Shown: in pieces, positions 1 through 12,047 of the stretch
How positions within the stretch are numbered: the stretch's first letter is position 1
Layout of the letters: each line of letters begins with the position of its first letter
DNA from: Candidatus Cloacimonadales bacterium
GTDB taxonomy: Bacteria > Cloacimonadota > Cloacimonadia > Cloacimonadales > JAFGVF01
Direction: 5' to 3'
Assembly: GCA_963662585.1 (NCBI GenBank)
Contig: OY759729.1
Location: 2,208,001-2,272,000 of the forward strand
Length of the DNA: 64,000 nucleotides
Notes under the pieces: generated by a model
What the model saw: the letters and a program-made list of their open reading frames with translations, nothing else
Database searches by the model: none
What the model was told of the DNA's origin: nothing
Position numbers and translations under genes: made by a program

Positions 1-2
1 CT

Positions 3-80
3 GAATCTGATAACTTCATTGTCGATTCTTCAGTAAAACGAAGCTTAGAGCAATTCAGACTAAGCTTAATTAAAATGTAA
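3..80 (+). CDS. atpH: ATP synthase F1 delta subunit, C-terminal fragment (gene starts before window)
   Basis: Frame from position 3 reads [25 protein letters not shown], resembling the delta C-terminus, and lies directly upstream of atpA. Confidence 0.7.
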   Translation, partial: ESDNFIVDSSVKRSLEQFRLSLIKM

Positions 81-90
81 GGAATTAAAT

Positions 91-1593
91 ATGATAAGAC
101 CTGAAGAAATTAGTTCAATAATAAGAGATAGAATAAAGAAATTCGCCTTAGATCAAGACATTGCCGAAACAGGTAAAGTGATTCAGGTGGGTGATGGTAT
201 TGCTCGTGTATATGGCCTAAAAAATGTTATGTACAATGAGATGTTGCTATTCCCTAATGATGTTTTTGGTATGGCTCTCAACTTAGAAGAAGATAGTGTC
301 GGTTGTGTTTTATTCGGCGATACTACTAAAGTTAAAGAGGGAGATATTGCCAAGAGAACTAAGAGGATTTTGGAAGTTCCGGTAGGCGAAGCCTTGCTTG
401 GTAGAGTAGTTAATACTCTCGGACAACCTTTAGACGGTAAGGGCGAAATCAAGCAAACTGAGTTCTACGAAATGGAAAGAAAAGCTCTAGGTGTTATTTC
501 TCGTCAGCCAGTTGTTGAACCTCTTCAAACTGGTATCAAGGCAATTGACTCTATGATACCAATCGGTAGAGGTCAGCGTGAATTAATCATTGGCGACAGA
601 CAAACAGGTAAAACAGCTATCGCCTTAGATACTATTATAAACCAAAAAGGTAAAGAAGTATATTGTGTTTATGTTGCTATTGGTCAGAAAGAATCTTCAG
701 TAGCAAAATTTGTAAGAACACTTGAAGAGTATGGAGCAATGGCTTATACTACAGTTGTTATGGCTGGTTCAAGTGAACCTACTGCTATGCAATATATGGC
801 TCCTTATGCTGGTTGTTCAATTGGTGAGTACTTTAGAGATAATGGTAAGCATGCCCTGATTATCTATGATGATCTTTCTAAACATGCTGTTGCTTATCGT
901 GAAATCTCACTTCTTTTGAGAAGACCTCCAGGACGCGAAGCCTACCCTGGAGATGTTTTCTATCTACATTCAAGACTATTAGAAAGAGCTTCTAAGCTAA
1001 GTGATAAATTAGGTGGCGGTTCCTTAACTGCTTTACCTATTATTGAAACTAAAGCTGAAGATATCTCTGCCTATATTCCTACTAATGTGATTTCTATTAC
1101 AGATGGACAGATCTATCTTTCCAGTAGATTATTCTACTCAGGAAGACGACCAGCTATTAATGCCGGTCTATCTGTTTCTCGTGTGGGTGGTTCGGCTCAA
1201 GTTAAAGCAATGAAACAAGTTGTGGGACAGCTTAGATTCGCTCTTGCTCAATACACAGAACTTGAATCATTTGCTAAATTTGGTTCAGATTTAGACAAAG
1301 CAACTCTTGCTCAATTAAGAAGAGGACAATCAATTGTTGAAATTCTTAAGCAAGGTCAATTCTCACCTCTATCTGTAGAAAAACAGATCATGATTATCTT
1401 TATGGCTAATAATGGCTACTTAGATGAGTTTGATATTGAGAAGATTGCCGAAATAGAAAAAGAGCTAAACATAACCTTAGATACTGAATTTAAAGACTTT
1501 ACAAAAACTCTTGCTGATGGTGGCTTAACAGATGAAAAGAAAGCCAAAATGGCTGAAATCTGTGACCGAGTAGCAGCTAAATTCAGAATTTAA
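91..1593 (+). CDS. atpA: ATP synthase F1 alpha subunit
   Basis: GDRQTGKT P-loop, [32 protein letters not shown]. Confidence 0.99.
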   Translation: MIRPEEISSIIRDRIKKFALDQDIAETGKVIQVGDGIARVYGLKNVMYNEMLLFPNDVFGMALNLEEDSVGCVLFGDTTKVKEGDIAKRTKRILEVPVGEALLGRVVNTLGQPLDGKGEIKQTEFYEMERKALGVISRQPVVEPLQTGIKAIDSMIPIGRGQRELIIGDRQTGKTAIALDTIINQKGKEVYCVYVAIGQKESSVAKFVRTLEEYGAMAYTTVVMAGSSEPTAMQYMAPYAGCSIGEYFRDNGKHALIIYDDLSKHAVAYREISLLLRRPPGREAYPGDVFYLHSRLLERASKLSDKLGGGSLTALPIIETKAEDISAYIPTNVISITDGQIYLSSRLFYSGRRPAINAGLSVSRVGGSAQVKAMKQVVGQLRFALAQYTELESFAKFGSDLDKATLAQLRRGQSIVEILKQGQFSPLSVEKQIMIIFMANNGYLDEFDIEKIAEIEKELNITLDTEFKDFTKTLADGGLTDEKKAKMAEICDRVAAKFRI

Positions 1594-1605
1594 TAGAAGG
1601 TTAAT

Positions 1606-4260
<2,655 letters not shown>

Positions 4261-4286
4261 ATTACTATTAATATAATAAAAACTCA

Positions 4287-4318
4287 AGGCTCTCTACTTA
4301 GGTGGAGAGCCTGTTTTT
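4287..4318 (+). terminator. Intrinsic terminator of the atp operon
   Basis: Stem AGGCTCTCTAC / GTGGAGAGCCT followed by GTTTTT. Confidence 0.85.
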
Positions 4319-4320
4319 GT

Positions 4321-4352
4321 AATTGAGAATTGAGAATTGAGAATTGAGAATT
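4321..4352. repeat. Heptamer tandem repeat (AATTGAG)x4
   Basis: aattgagaattgagaattgagaattgagaatt read directly. Confidence 0.95.
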
Positions 4353-4641
4353 CTTCAGTCAAAGGATGGCTTCTTCTGCCGGATTGCATGCACCCTTGCA
4401 TGCGAAATACCTTATAAAAATTGGATATTCTCTTACAATGTCAGCCATTCTTCAGTCGGAGGATGGCTGCTTATGCCGGATTGCCTGCACCCTTGCATGC
4501 GAAATACCTTATAAAAATTGGATATTCTCTTACAATGTCAGCCATTCTTCAGTCGGAGGATGGCTGCTTATGCCGGATTGCCTGCACCCTTGCATGCGAA
4601 ATACCTTATAAAAATTGGATATTCTCTTACAGTGTCCGCCA
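4351..4641. repeat. 97-bp tandem repeat, 3 copies
   Basis: Unit TTCTTCAGTC..GGATGGCT..GCCGGATTGC..CACCCTTGCATGCGAAATACCTTATAAAAATTGGATATTCTCTTAC starts at 4351, 4448 and 4545. Confidence 0.95.
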
Positions 4642-4711
4642 TTCTTTAGTGGAAGGTTGCCTCTTCAGTCGGACGGTGGAGATTCTCTCCGCCTCATTGC
4701 AAGGCAAAGAT

Positions 4712-4882
4712 ATATCTTCCTAACTGGGAATGTGGGCTTCTAGCCCGCTATCATTGTGCAAACAATGATAAGTTCTTAAATCCCAACGGGATTAAATATC
4801 TTCCTAACTGGGAATGTGGGCTTCCAGCCCGCTATCATTGTGCAAACAATGATAAGTTCTTAAATCCCAACGGGATTAAATA
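4712..4882. repeat. 84-bp tandem repeat, 2 copies, composed of REP-like palindromes
   Basis: TCTTCCTAACTGGGAATGTGGGCTTC.AGCCCGC-TATCATTG/CAATGATA-TCTTAAATCCCAACGGGATT; period 84. Confidence 0.9.
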
Positions 4883-5068
4883 AAAGCAGGCTGAAATACA
4901 GCCTGATGGATTCACGGACTAAAGGTCCGTAACCCCAGTGTTCGCAAGACTCTCCAAAAGTTTCCTTGAGAAGACAGTCTTAGATAGGCACTATCTCCAA
5001 TTTTCTTCTTCAACAAGCTTATCAATAATTGTTATTTAGAACTAATTGCCTAAAACAACAAATACTTC

Positions 5069-5096
5069 TTGACAAAATAATCTTTTTGATTATTAT
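5069..5096 (+). promoter_or_regulatory. Putative sigma70 promoter
   Basis: TTGACA-16 bp-TATTAT upstream of the GGAGG RBS of the gene at 5140. Confidence 0.6.
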
Positions 5097-5139
5097 TCAC
5101 CAAAATAATGAAAACTGATTTTTTATCAGAGGAGGAATT

Positions 5140-6495
5140 ATGTTAAAGACTGATGTATTAGTTATCGGTAGTAGTGCTGGTGGTATGGTCGCAGCTATGA
5201 CTGGCAAGAAGATTAATCCTGAAAAAAGTTTTACTGTTGTAACAAGTAATGAGAAAACACTAGTACCTTGTGGGATTCCCTATATATTCGGTACTCTAGG
5301 TACTTCTAACAAAAATATCATCCCTGTTGCAGAGAATTTTGCTAAGTTAGGAATTGACTTTATTAATAATGATGTTATTGAAATCAATAAAGAAGAAAAA
5401 AAGGTGTTATTGAGCAGTAAAGAAGAAATTTCTTTCGATAAATTAATTATTGCTACTGGTTCTTATCCATTCAAACCCTTATGGTTGAAAGGAGCTGATT
5501 TCTCAAATGTATATGCAGTGCCAAAAAACAAGATTTATTTAGATGAAATGCAAGAGAAGTTAGCAAGTGCTAACAAAATAATTATCATCGGAGCTGGATT
5601 CATTGGTGTAGAATTATCTGACGAACTTAAGAAATTAGGTAAAGATGTTCTTTTATTAGAAAGACTTCCTAATATTCTTAGCCTAGCCTTTGATGCAGAT
5701 ATTTCTGATAGAGCTGAGGCGATTCTGATTGAAAATGGAGTTAAGGTAAGAACTAATACAACAGTAAAAGAGATTACTGGAACAGATCAAGCAGATGGTG
5801 TCCTTTTAGATGATGGTACTAGAATTGAAGCAGATGCAGTTATTCTTTCCATGGGTTATAAACCCAACAATGAATTGGCGATTAAGGCACATTTAGGTAT
5901 TACCAATGCTGGATTTATCAAGGTTGATGAATATATGAGAACCTCTCATCCTGATATCTTTGCTGTAGGTGATTGTGCTGAAAAGAAACACTTTATTACT
6001 GGAGAATCTGTACCGATGATGTTAGCTTCTACAGCTTGTGCTGAAGCTAGATTAGTAGGTCTAAATCTCTTTGGTATATCAGCTATTAAAACTTTCACCG
6101 GGACTATTTCTATATTCTCTACAGCTTTAGGAAGTAAGGGTTTTGGTGTTGCAGGTATTACTGAAAAGGAAGCCAAAGCTATTGGAATAAACTATGTATG
6201 CGGTTCTTTTGAAGGTGCTGATAGACATCCTGCGTCTTTAGCTGATACTCAAAAGCAATTTGTAAAATTTATCGTTGCTAAAGATTCAGGAGTTATTCTA
6301 GGTGGTGAAGTAGCAGGTGGCTTATCTACTGGCGAACTAACTAACACTATTGGAATGATGATTCAAAACAGAATGAATATCAGCAGTTTACTTACTGCTC
6401 AAGTCGGATCACATCCATTAATGACAGCTTCTCCTGCTGGATTTCCATTAATCAAGGCAGCAGAGATGGCAGTTTTCAGAATGCTAAATAAATAA
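5140..6495 (+). CDS. FAD-dependent pyridine nucleotide-disulfide oxidoreductase (NADH oxidase / CoA-disulfide reductase-like)
   Basis: N-terminal dinucleotide fold, CGIPY redox Cys motif, GAGFIG, TSHPDIFAVGD, C-terminal dimerisation domain. Confidence 0.9.
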   Translation: MLKTDVLVIGSSAGGMVAAMTGKKINPEKSFTVVTSNEKTLVPCGIPYIFGTLGTSNKNIIPVAENFAKLGIDFINNDVIEINKEEKKVLLSSKEEISFDKLIIATGSYPFKPLWLKGADFSNVYAVPKNKIYLDEMQEKLASANKIIIIGAGFIGVELSDELKKLGKDVLLLERLPNILSLAFDADISDRAEAILIENGVKVRTNTTVKEITGTDQADGVLLDDGTRIEADAVILSMGYKPNNELAIKAHLGITNAGFIKVDEYMRTSHPDIFAVGDCAEKKHFITGESVPMMLASTACAEARLVGLNLFGISAIKTFTGTISIFSTALGSKGFGVAGITEKEAKAIGINYVCGSFEGADRHPASLADTQKQFVKFIVAKDSGVILGGEVAGGLSTGELTNTIGMMIQNRMNISSLLTAQVGSHPLMTASPAGFPLIKAAEMAVFRMLNK

Positions 6496-6515
6496 ACTCA
6501 TAATAAACTCATAAA

Positions 6516-6543
6516 AAAAGGGTAATCAGATGATTGCCCTTTT
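6516..6543. terminator. Bidirectional intrinsic terminator between convergent genes
   Basis: AAAAGGGTAATC-AGAT-GATTGCCCTTTT hairpin with A/T tails. Confidence 0.8.
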
Positions 6544-6560
6544 ATCGTATTATTTACAAA

Positions 6561-7382
6561 CTAATCAAATACTTTTTTATGTCTTAACAAAGGAGGGATG
6601 AATCTAAGGCTAATATTTGAATCATTTGCTATAGGATGATAACCTGTGAGATTTTCTAATGAATAAGGGAAGCTAGGTTTAAAACCAGCACGAATCATCA
6701 TCATTGCAACTTTATCACTAACTTCAGGATTAAGTATATTATAGGAATCATGAGCATAATTATTCCAATTTTCTTTAGCTTTTTGAATAATAGTTAAAAG
6801 TGATTCATTGATATTTTTTTTATCCAGCTTAGAAAACTCAGCATTTAAATTCAGATAATCATTTCTTACTAATCTAAAACTCAATATTTCGGCTAATTCA
6901 GCTTCATCCTGACAACTTTCAATCTCTTTTCTGCTTATAAAAATATATTCACCAGGATAATAGGGAGCATCATTATTAGTTTCTAAGACAATAGCATGAT
7001 ATTTCATAGTATCACTTACAAGTGAAAGCAAGAGATTGATATATCTCTGAGCATCTTTCTGAGGATTAATTATATCTTTGATGTCCTCGTAGATGAATTC
7101 TTCAATATATGGCAGAGCAATAAACCAATTTTCAGATTTATAACTATCATAATCAATCACTATTTCAGGTAATATTTTCTTGTTATTTTGAACTATCAAA
7201 TGATAGTCTGGAGCAGTGCTTCTTCTAAAGTCGCCTACTTCTCGCATTCCTAAGTGAATATTATCTATCGTCTTATTTTGGTTTTTACTATTTTCCTTAT
7301 TATCCTTACAGCCAAAATAGAATGATGAACAGCCAACTAAACTAAACATTGCTATCAAGATTAATATTAAACTCTTTTTCAT
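6561..7382 (-). CDS. Hypothetical lipoprotein
   Basis: MKK + hydrophobic stretch + LVGC lipobox; 4-bp overlap with the upstream radical SAM gene. Confidence 0.75.
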   Translation of the reverse strand: MKKSLILILIAMFSLVGCSSFYFGCKDNKENSKNQNKTIDNIHLGMREVGDFRRSTAPDYHLIVQNNKKILPEIVIDYDSYKSENWFIALPYIEEFIYEDIKDIINPQKDAQRYINLLLSLVSDTMKYHAIVLETNNDAPYYPGEYIFISRKEIESCQDEAELAEILSFRLVRNDYLNLNAEFSKLDKKNINESLLTIIQKAKENWNNYAHDSYNILNPEVSDKVAMMMIRAGFKPSFPYSLENLTGYHPIANDSNISLRFIPPLLRHKKVFD

Positions 7383-8536
7383 TTTATCCTCTCAATATTT
7401 TCTATTCTCTCTAAAATATTAGTATAGAGTGTTTGATTATCAATAATTCTTTCAATCACTCCTGTCTCAAGTAGAAAGAAAAACTCATCCTCTAAATTAT
7501 GATAAGTTATTTTCTTACTTTTGCCTATTTTATTTTTGAATTCTGAATACCATAGTTTATAATTAGCATAAGATGCTAGTAATCTGTTGACTTGAGGATG
7601 ATGCTTGTAGAGAACTTTAAGGTGTTTTAAATAGATAAAAATTACTTCATAAAGAGGAAATCTCTCTTTATATAGTTCCCAAGGAATGATGCTGTTAAGC
7701 TTTCTACTTGACATCTGCTGATAAACCCTTTCATAAAAAGGATTTGAAAATTCTCGTAGGGGAGAGCCAGAAGGGAAATCTCGACTATACATTTTTTCAT
7801 AGCTTTCTACATATTGAGGATATTTCTTTTTAATAACATTCATAAAGAGATCTTTATTTTTTCCTGGTCGCAGGGTTAATCCACCAGGTAAGACAAAACT
7901 CGGTTTTAGCGATGCGTATAGGTCAAAAAGTCTTTCCAAATCTACTTTATTATCTACTAATTCAGGAAGTAGAGGCATTGCCATAATACCAATTGAGATC
8001 CCACGGCTTTTAAGCAACTTTAATGAATCTACTCTCTCATCAATAGAAGAAGCATTTGGTTCGATTATCTGGCGATCTTTATCATCTGGAAAGGTTAAGG
8101 AAGAAGCCACTGTAACACCTGCTAGCTGATTCAACTCAGCTAAGAGATCAATGTCTCTAATTATATTAGCAGATTTGGTGATGATAAAGAGAGGGTATTT
8201 GTATTTTATCAGTACTTTCAAAGTTTTAGTCATTATCTTCTCTTCTAATTCACATGGTTGGTAAGTGTCTGAAATGCCTGAACCAACTAAAATAACCCCC
8301 CAATCTCTTTCTTTGGCTAATTCTTGTTCTAAGAGCTCTGCTGTATTCCTTCTGATTACGATATCTTTTTCAAAATTTCCTTCAACGAAATACCTCTCAG
8401 CTCTGCCATCACAGTATTTGCAACCATGTTGACATGCCATATAGGGTGAAAAAGAGTACTTACTCACGAAATAAGTATCTAAGAGACTTCCCTTTTTCAA
8501 TATCTTTTTTACTTCTCGGTAATGTTTTGTTATCAT
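7379..8536 (-). CDS. Radical SAM protein, SplB/Rv2578c-like (DNA repair photolyase-like) family
   Basis: SPYMACQHGCKYC (CxxxCxxC), SDTYQP, ITKS, IEPNASS; ATG at 8536 preferred over the track start at 8551. Confidence 0.85.
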   Translation of the reverse strand: MITKHYREVKKILKKGSLLDTYFVSKYSFSPYMACQHGCKYCDGRAERYFVEGNFEKDIVIRRNTAELLEQELAKERDWGVILVGSGISDTYQPCELEEKIMTKTLKVLIKYKYPLFIITKSANIIRDIDLLAELNQLAGVTVASSLTFPDDKDRQIIEPNASSIDERVDSLKLLKSRGISIGIMAMPLLPELVDNKVDLERLFDLYASLKPSFVLPGGLTLRPGKNKDLFMNVIKKKYPQYVESYEKMYSRDFPSGSPLREFSNPFYERVYQQMSSRKLNSIIPWELYKERFPLYEVIFIYLKHLKVLYKHHPQVNRLLASYANYKLWYSEFKNKIGKSKKITYHNLEDEFFFLLETGVIERIIDNQTLYTNILERIENIERIK

Positions 8537-8650
8537 GAATATATAAAACAAGGATGGTTTTTTTTGTCAATGAGAAGATTGTTTCGGTGTTTCTATCATA
8601 GAGGATAGTACAAGTTTTTTTATTTCGACAGTATCATCTTCTTGGTTGAA

Positions 8651-8938
8651 CTAAATAGTCCAGATCCATTTAGCGACAGAAACCCCTGAATACATCCAGA
8701 AATTAGCATTCATATCAGTCCAAGAATTCAAGGGAGCTCCACTAATTTTTACTTCAGTTCCTGGCAGAATTGTGAGGGTTACACCTGCATCAATATAGAG
8801 TATTTCGGTAACCAAGTAAGGACTATTTTCGGGGGACCATATCGTATCTTCAGTAAGATGACCACCGACCTCTATTGACCAAAGTGAAGCTATACTTATT
8901 ATACTCATTAATATCATAAATAAACATTTTTTAAACAT
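8651..8938 (-). pseudogene. Truncated secreted protein (N-terminus of a beta-helix-type surface protein)
   Basis: Signal peptide then IEVGGHLTEDTIWSPENSPYLVT..VTLTILPGTEV, a start typical of long proteins, but it stops after 95 aa. Confidence 0.6.
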
Positions 8939-9017
8939 CTGCCTACCCTCTTTTTTTAAAATATTAAGACTCTCCTTCTTAAAATATTAGAAGGAGAGTT
9001 ATTTGTAAAGTAATTTT

Positions 9018-10754
9018 CTATTTCATGAGAATGCCTTTTGTGTTACTAACACCTTTATCTGTCTTAATTCTAAATAAATATAAGCCTGAAGCAACTCTAC
9101 TATATCGATTATTTACTCCATCCCAAGTAAAATTATGAGAACCGGCTGATTGCTGAGCTAAGTCTTTTGTATAGACTTTTTGCCCTTTAATATTATAAAT
9201 TTCGACATCTACAATACCAGCTTGCTTAAGAGTATAAGAAATCGTAGTTGTTGGATTAAAAGGATTAGGATATAGAGAGTTTATAATAACATCAGAAACA
9301 GCGTTAACTTCTATATTTTCTTCTAATTCCTCATTTTCAGTTGCAACAATATTGTAAGTTAGGTATGGATAGCCATCATTAATTTCAGGATTTATATCCC
9401 AGACATCCCAATTTGCAACATCAGCATAGGGATCTCCTACAAAATCCCAAGGAAGATAATCATAAACTTGAGTATAAGTGGCAACATCTTTCATTTGAGC
9501 AGTAGTCATACCATCAGCATGAATCAAAACTTCAGGATTTATCTCTGCTACTTCATAATCCACATAATTATCATATCCAACCCAAAACTCATTTCCGCTG
9601 GGTATTGTAAATCCTGCATCTCGGCCTGATCCTATAATTCGATTAGCTGTATATGATCTATTTATACCTCCGTAAAGTTGAACATAGAAGTCACCAGCAA
9701 AGAGGTTAATACCAAAACTATTACTTAGTTGAGCATAGATATCAACCATAGTGTAACTATTAGAAATAAAACAAAACACTGCAGAACCAATAAATCCACC
9801 TGTATAATCTGAACCGGTTATAAATCCTTTGGCACTACAACCAGCTATTTCAGGGAATTGAGGAGCAGGATTATCAGCATCGCTTCCTCTCATGGAACCT
9901 ACAAATCCACCCACATACTCGAGGCTTTCATTATTTAAAGATTCTATCTCTGTATAGGAATGACAATCCACAATATCATAATCATTACTCCCCACAAAGC
10001 CTCCAATATAAGAACCACCATTTAGTGTAATGTATGATTCACTCTCACAGAGAAAAATCTCTCCCCCGTTTATACCTATAAATCCTCCAACATAATTCAA
10101 ATCATCATGCTCACTGTAAAGTTCTAAGGTGCTAGTGCAGTTTTGAATCCTTGAGCCTGAAGAAGAACCAACAAATCCACCTATCCTACCAGCATAGGAA
10201 ATTAAGTCTGAAACAGTAATGATAGCATTTGAAAAAGAATACTCTATCAATGAATCAGAAACAAATGCAGATATTCCTCCACTTTTTACATAACATAAAA
10301 TACTTCCTGATACAGTAACATTATACACAGAACTTTCTGAAGTTATTCCTATAGCTAATAAGCCTACAATGGAACCAGTATAATTAAAATCTCTTAAAGT
10401 TAAATTTTTAACTAGACCACCAGTTATCTGTCGGAAGAAACTTGCATTACCATCAACTCCACGATTAAGGTAATGATTGAGAATTTCATAGCCTCCCCCA
10501 TCATACTGTCCAGAAAACCAAATATCATTCCATTCAGCTACTTCATTTACATTAGCAGACTCAGAAGCATCAATATCCGCTATTTGAAGAAAATAGCTAC
10601 CCCAGGCCTCTTCAGTCTCAGAAAACCAAACTAAGTGGTCAAATTCACTCATTAAGTATGGGTCTTCTTCCGTCCCTGCTCCAGGGGGGAGTAATCCCTG
10701 TCCAAATAACATAACGCTACAAACACATATCAAAGTTACTAAAATAAACTTCAT
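9018..10754 (-). CDS. Secreted GLUG-repeat protein with T9SS/FlgD-like C-terminal domain
   Basis: Signal peptide from ATG 10754 (GGGAG RBS); GAGTEEDPY start; repeated VGGFVG motifs; YPNPFNP..IYNIKGQKV..WDG..ASGLYL CTD. Confidence 0.85.
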   Translation of the reverse strand: MKFILVTLICVCSVMLFGQGLLPPGAGTEEDPYLMSEFDHLVWFSETEEAWGSYFLQIADIDASESANVNEVAEWNDIWFSGQYDGGGYEILNHYLNRGVDGNASFFRQITGGLVKNLTLRDFNYTGSIVGLLAIGITSESSVYNVTVSGSILCYVKSGGISAFVSDSLIEYSFSNAIITVSDLISYAGRIGGFVGSSSGSRIQNCTSTLELYSEHDDLNYVGGFIGINGGEIFLCESESYITLNGGSYIGGFVGSNDYDIVDCHSYTEIESLNNESLEYVGGFVGSMRGSDADNPAPQFPEIAGCSAKGFITGSDYTGGFIGSAVFCFISNSYTMVDIYAQLSNSFGINLFAGDFYVQLYGGINRSYTANRIIGSGRDAGFTIPSGNEFWVGYDNYVDYEVAEINPEVLIHADGMTTAQMKDVATYTQVYDYLPWDFVGDPYADVANWDVWDINPEINDGYPYLTYNIVATENEELEENIEVNAVSDVIINSLYPNPFNPTTTISYTLKQAGIVDVEIYNIKGQKVYTKDLAQQSAGSHNFTWDGVNNRYSRVASGLYLFRIKTDKGVSNTKGILMK

Positions 10755-11059
10755 TTTTTGCTCCCTTTTCTTTACAATACCCATATCTTTAAATTTAAAT
10801 TAAATACAGAGAGAGTAATCCTCCCTCTGTAATCTATTACTATTTTTGTACTTTTTCTGTCAACTATTTCATAAGAATCATTAACAGTAGATGAATTTAT
10901 TAAAATGTATGAAGAGGTAAAATAACTGGAATAGGAGTGAGGTAACTTTAACTTGGAGGCTTCTACTAAAAACAATTGGAATATTTGTTTTGGAGTAAAA
11001 TAAATGGAGGAATTTAATAGACAATAAATTATTATGATGTCAACTCATCGTGAGAGCCT

Positions 11060-11810
11060 ACTCTTAAATCCCCAAAGGGGATAAATAGTTTAGCCCAGGG
11101 TAAAAGCCTGAAAGGCTTGCAACCCTGGGTACTTGGTGATAAACAAACCTTACCCTGAAAGGGTTAAATAAATTAATCCCACATATATTGTTCATCAATT
11201 TCCATGTTGTTTTTTGTCATGAACATTCTGAGTTCTTCTTGGAATGAGATTTTTTTATGATGTTCGTTTTGCTTGTTAATGTAATTGATTGTTACTTGTT
11301 TTTGTGCTTGACCAACGGAAAATCCACCATAACCTGCTTGCCAATAAAAGTTAGTATATTCATCGCCTTTTGTTTTGATCCACTTAGATGTAGCTCTTTT
11401 AATCTCTCCTATTATGTCCTTAAAACAAATATTCTTTGATAAATTGAAAAAAATATGGATATGATCTTCATACCCTCCAATACAAATCGGATATGAATCA
11501 TTTTCGTAGATTATTTTGGCAATATATGAATATAATTGTTCACGAATATCAGAATTTTTTAAAAAAGGTACTCTATTCTTGGTAGAAAATACAAGATGCA
11601 TATAAATTTGAGAAACAGACTGTGACATGAATAGCACCACCTTATATTAATTAAGCAATATTTATTTAATATTCATTATTTGTCAAATAATTATATTTAT
11701 GTATCCCTTACAGGGATTTTCTCAGATGGAAACCATCTTACCCAGGGTTGCAAGCCTTTCAGGCTTTTACCCTGGGCTAAACTATTTATCCCCTTTAGGG
11801 ATTTAAGAGT
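11060..11810 (-). mobile_element. IS200-like HUH element bounded by 72-bp inverted repeats
   Basis: 11060-11131 is the reverse complement of 11739-11810 with one mismatch; the repeats enclose a Y1 transposase gene. Confidence 0.8.
11173..11628 (-). CDS. tnpA: IS200/IS605-family (Y1 HUH) transposase
   Basis: HLVFSTKNR, DHIH HUH motif, WQAGYGGFSV, YINKQ catalytic Tyr; ATG at 11628. Confidence 0.92.
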   Translation of the reverse strand: MSQSVSQIYMHLVFSTKNRVPFLKNSDIREQLYSYIAKIIYENDSYPICIGGYEDHIHIFFNLSKNICFKDIIGEIKRATSKWIKTKGDEYTNFYWQAGYGGFSVGQAQKQVTINYINKQNEHHKKISFQEELRMFMTKNNMEIDEQYMWD

Positions 11811-12007
11811 TATCTACTCAGGATTAAATCTTATCTAACAGACAAAATTTGATATAAATAGCACATAATTACTTGATACTTTCTATTTTACAACACTTTA
11901 CTATATGAAAAGCCTCCATTTCTTTACCAGACTTGAACTTGAGCCTTTTTTAATTATACTTTAATGCAAACAAGGCTTAAGATCTTGGCTAAAAGTGGAA
12001 TAACATT

Positions 12008-12033
12008 ATAGGGGCGAAGCTTGCTTCGCCCCT
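12008..12033. repeat. REP-like palindrome, possibly the terminator of the CotH gene
   Basis: TAGGGGCGAAGC-TT-GCTTCGCCCCT just past the stop at 12048. Confidence 0.7.
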
Positions 12034-12047
12034 TAATCTTATAAATC

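Noticed and set aside
4366..4723. Two Cys-rich ORFs after atpC
   Set aside because: They lie in the 97-bp repeat, whose period is not a multiple of 3, downstream of a terminator
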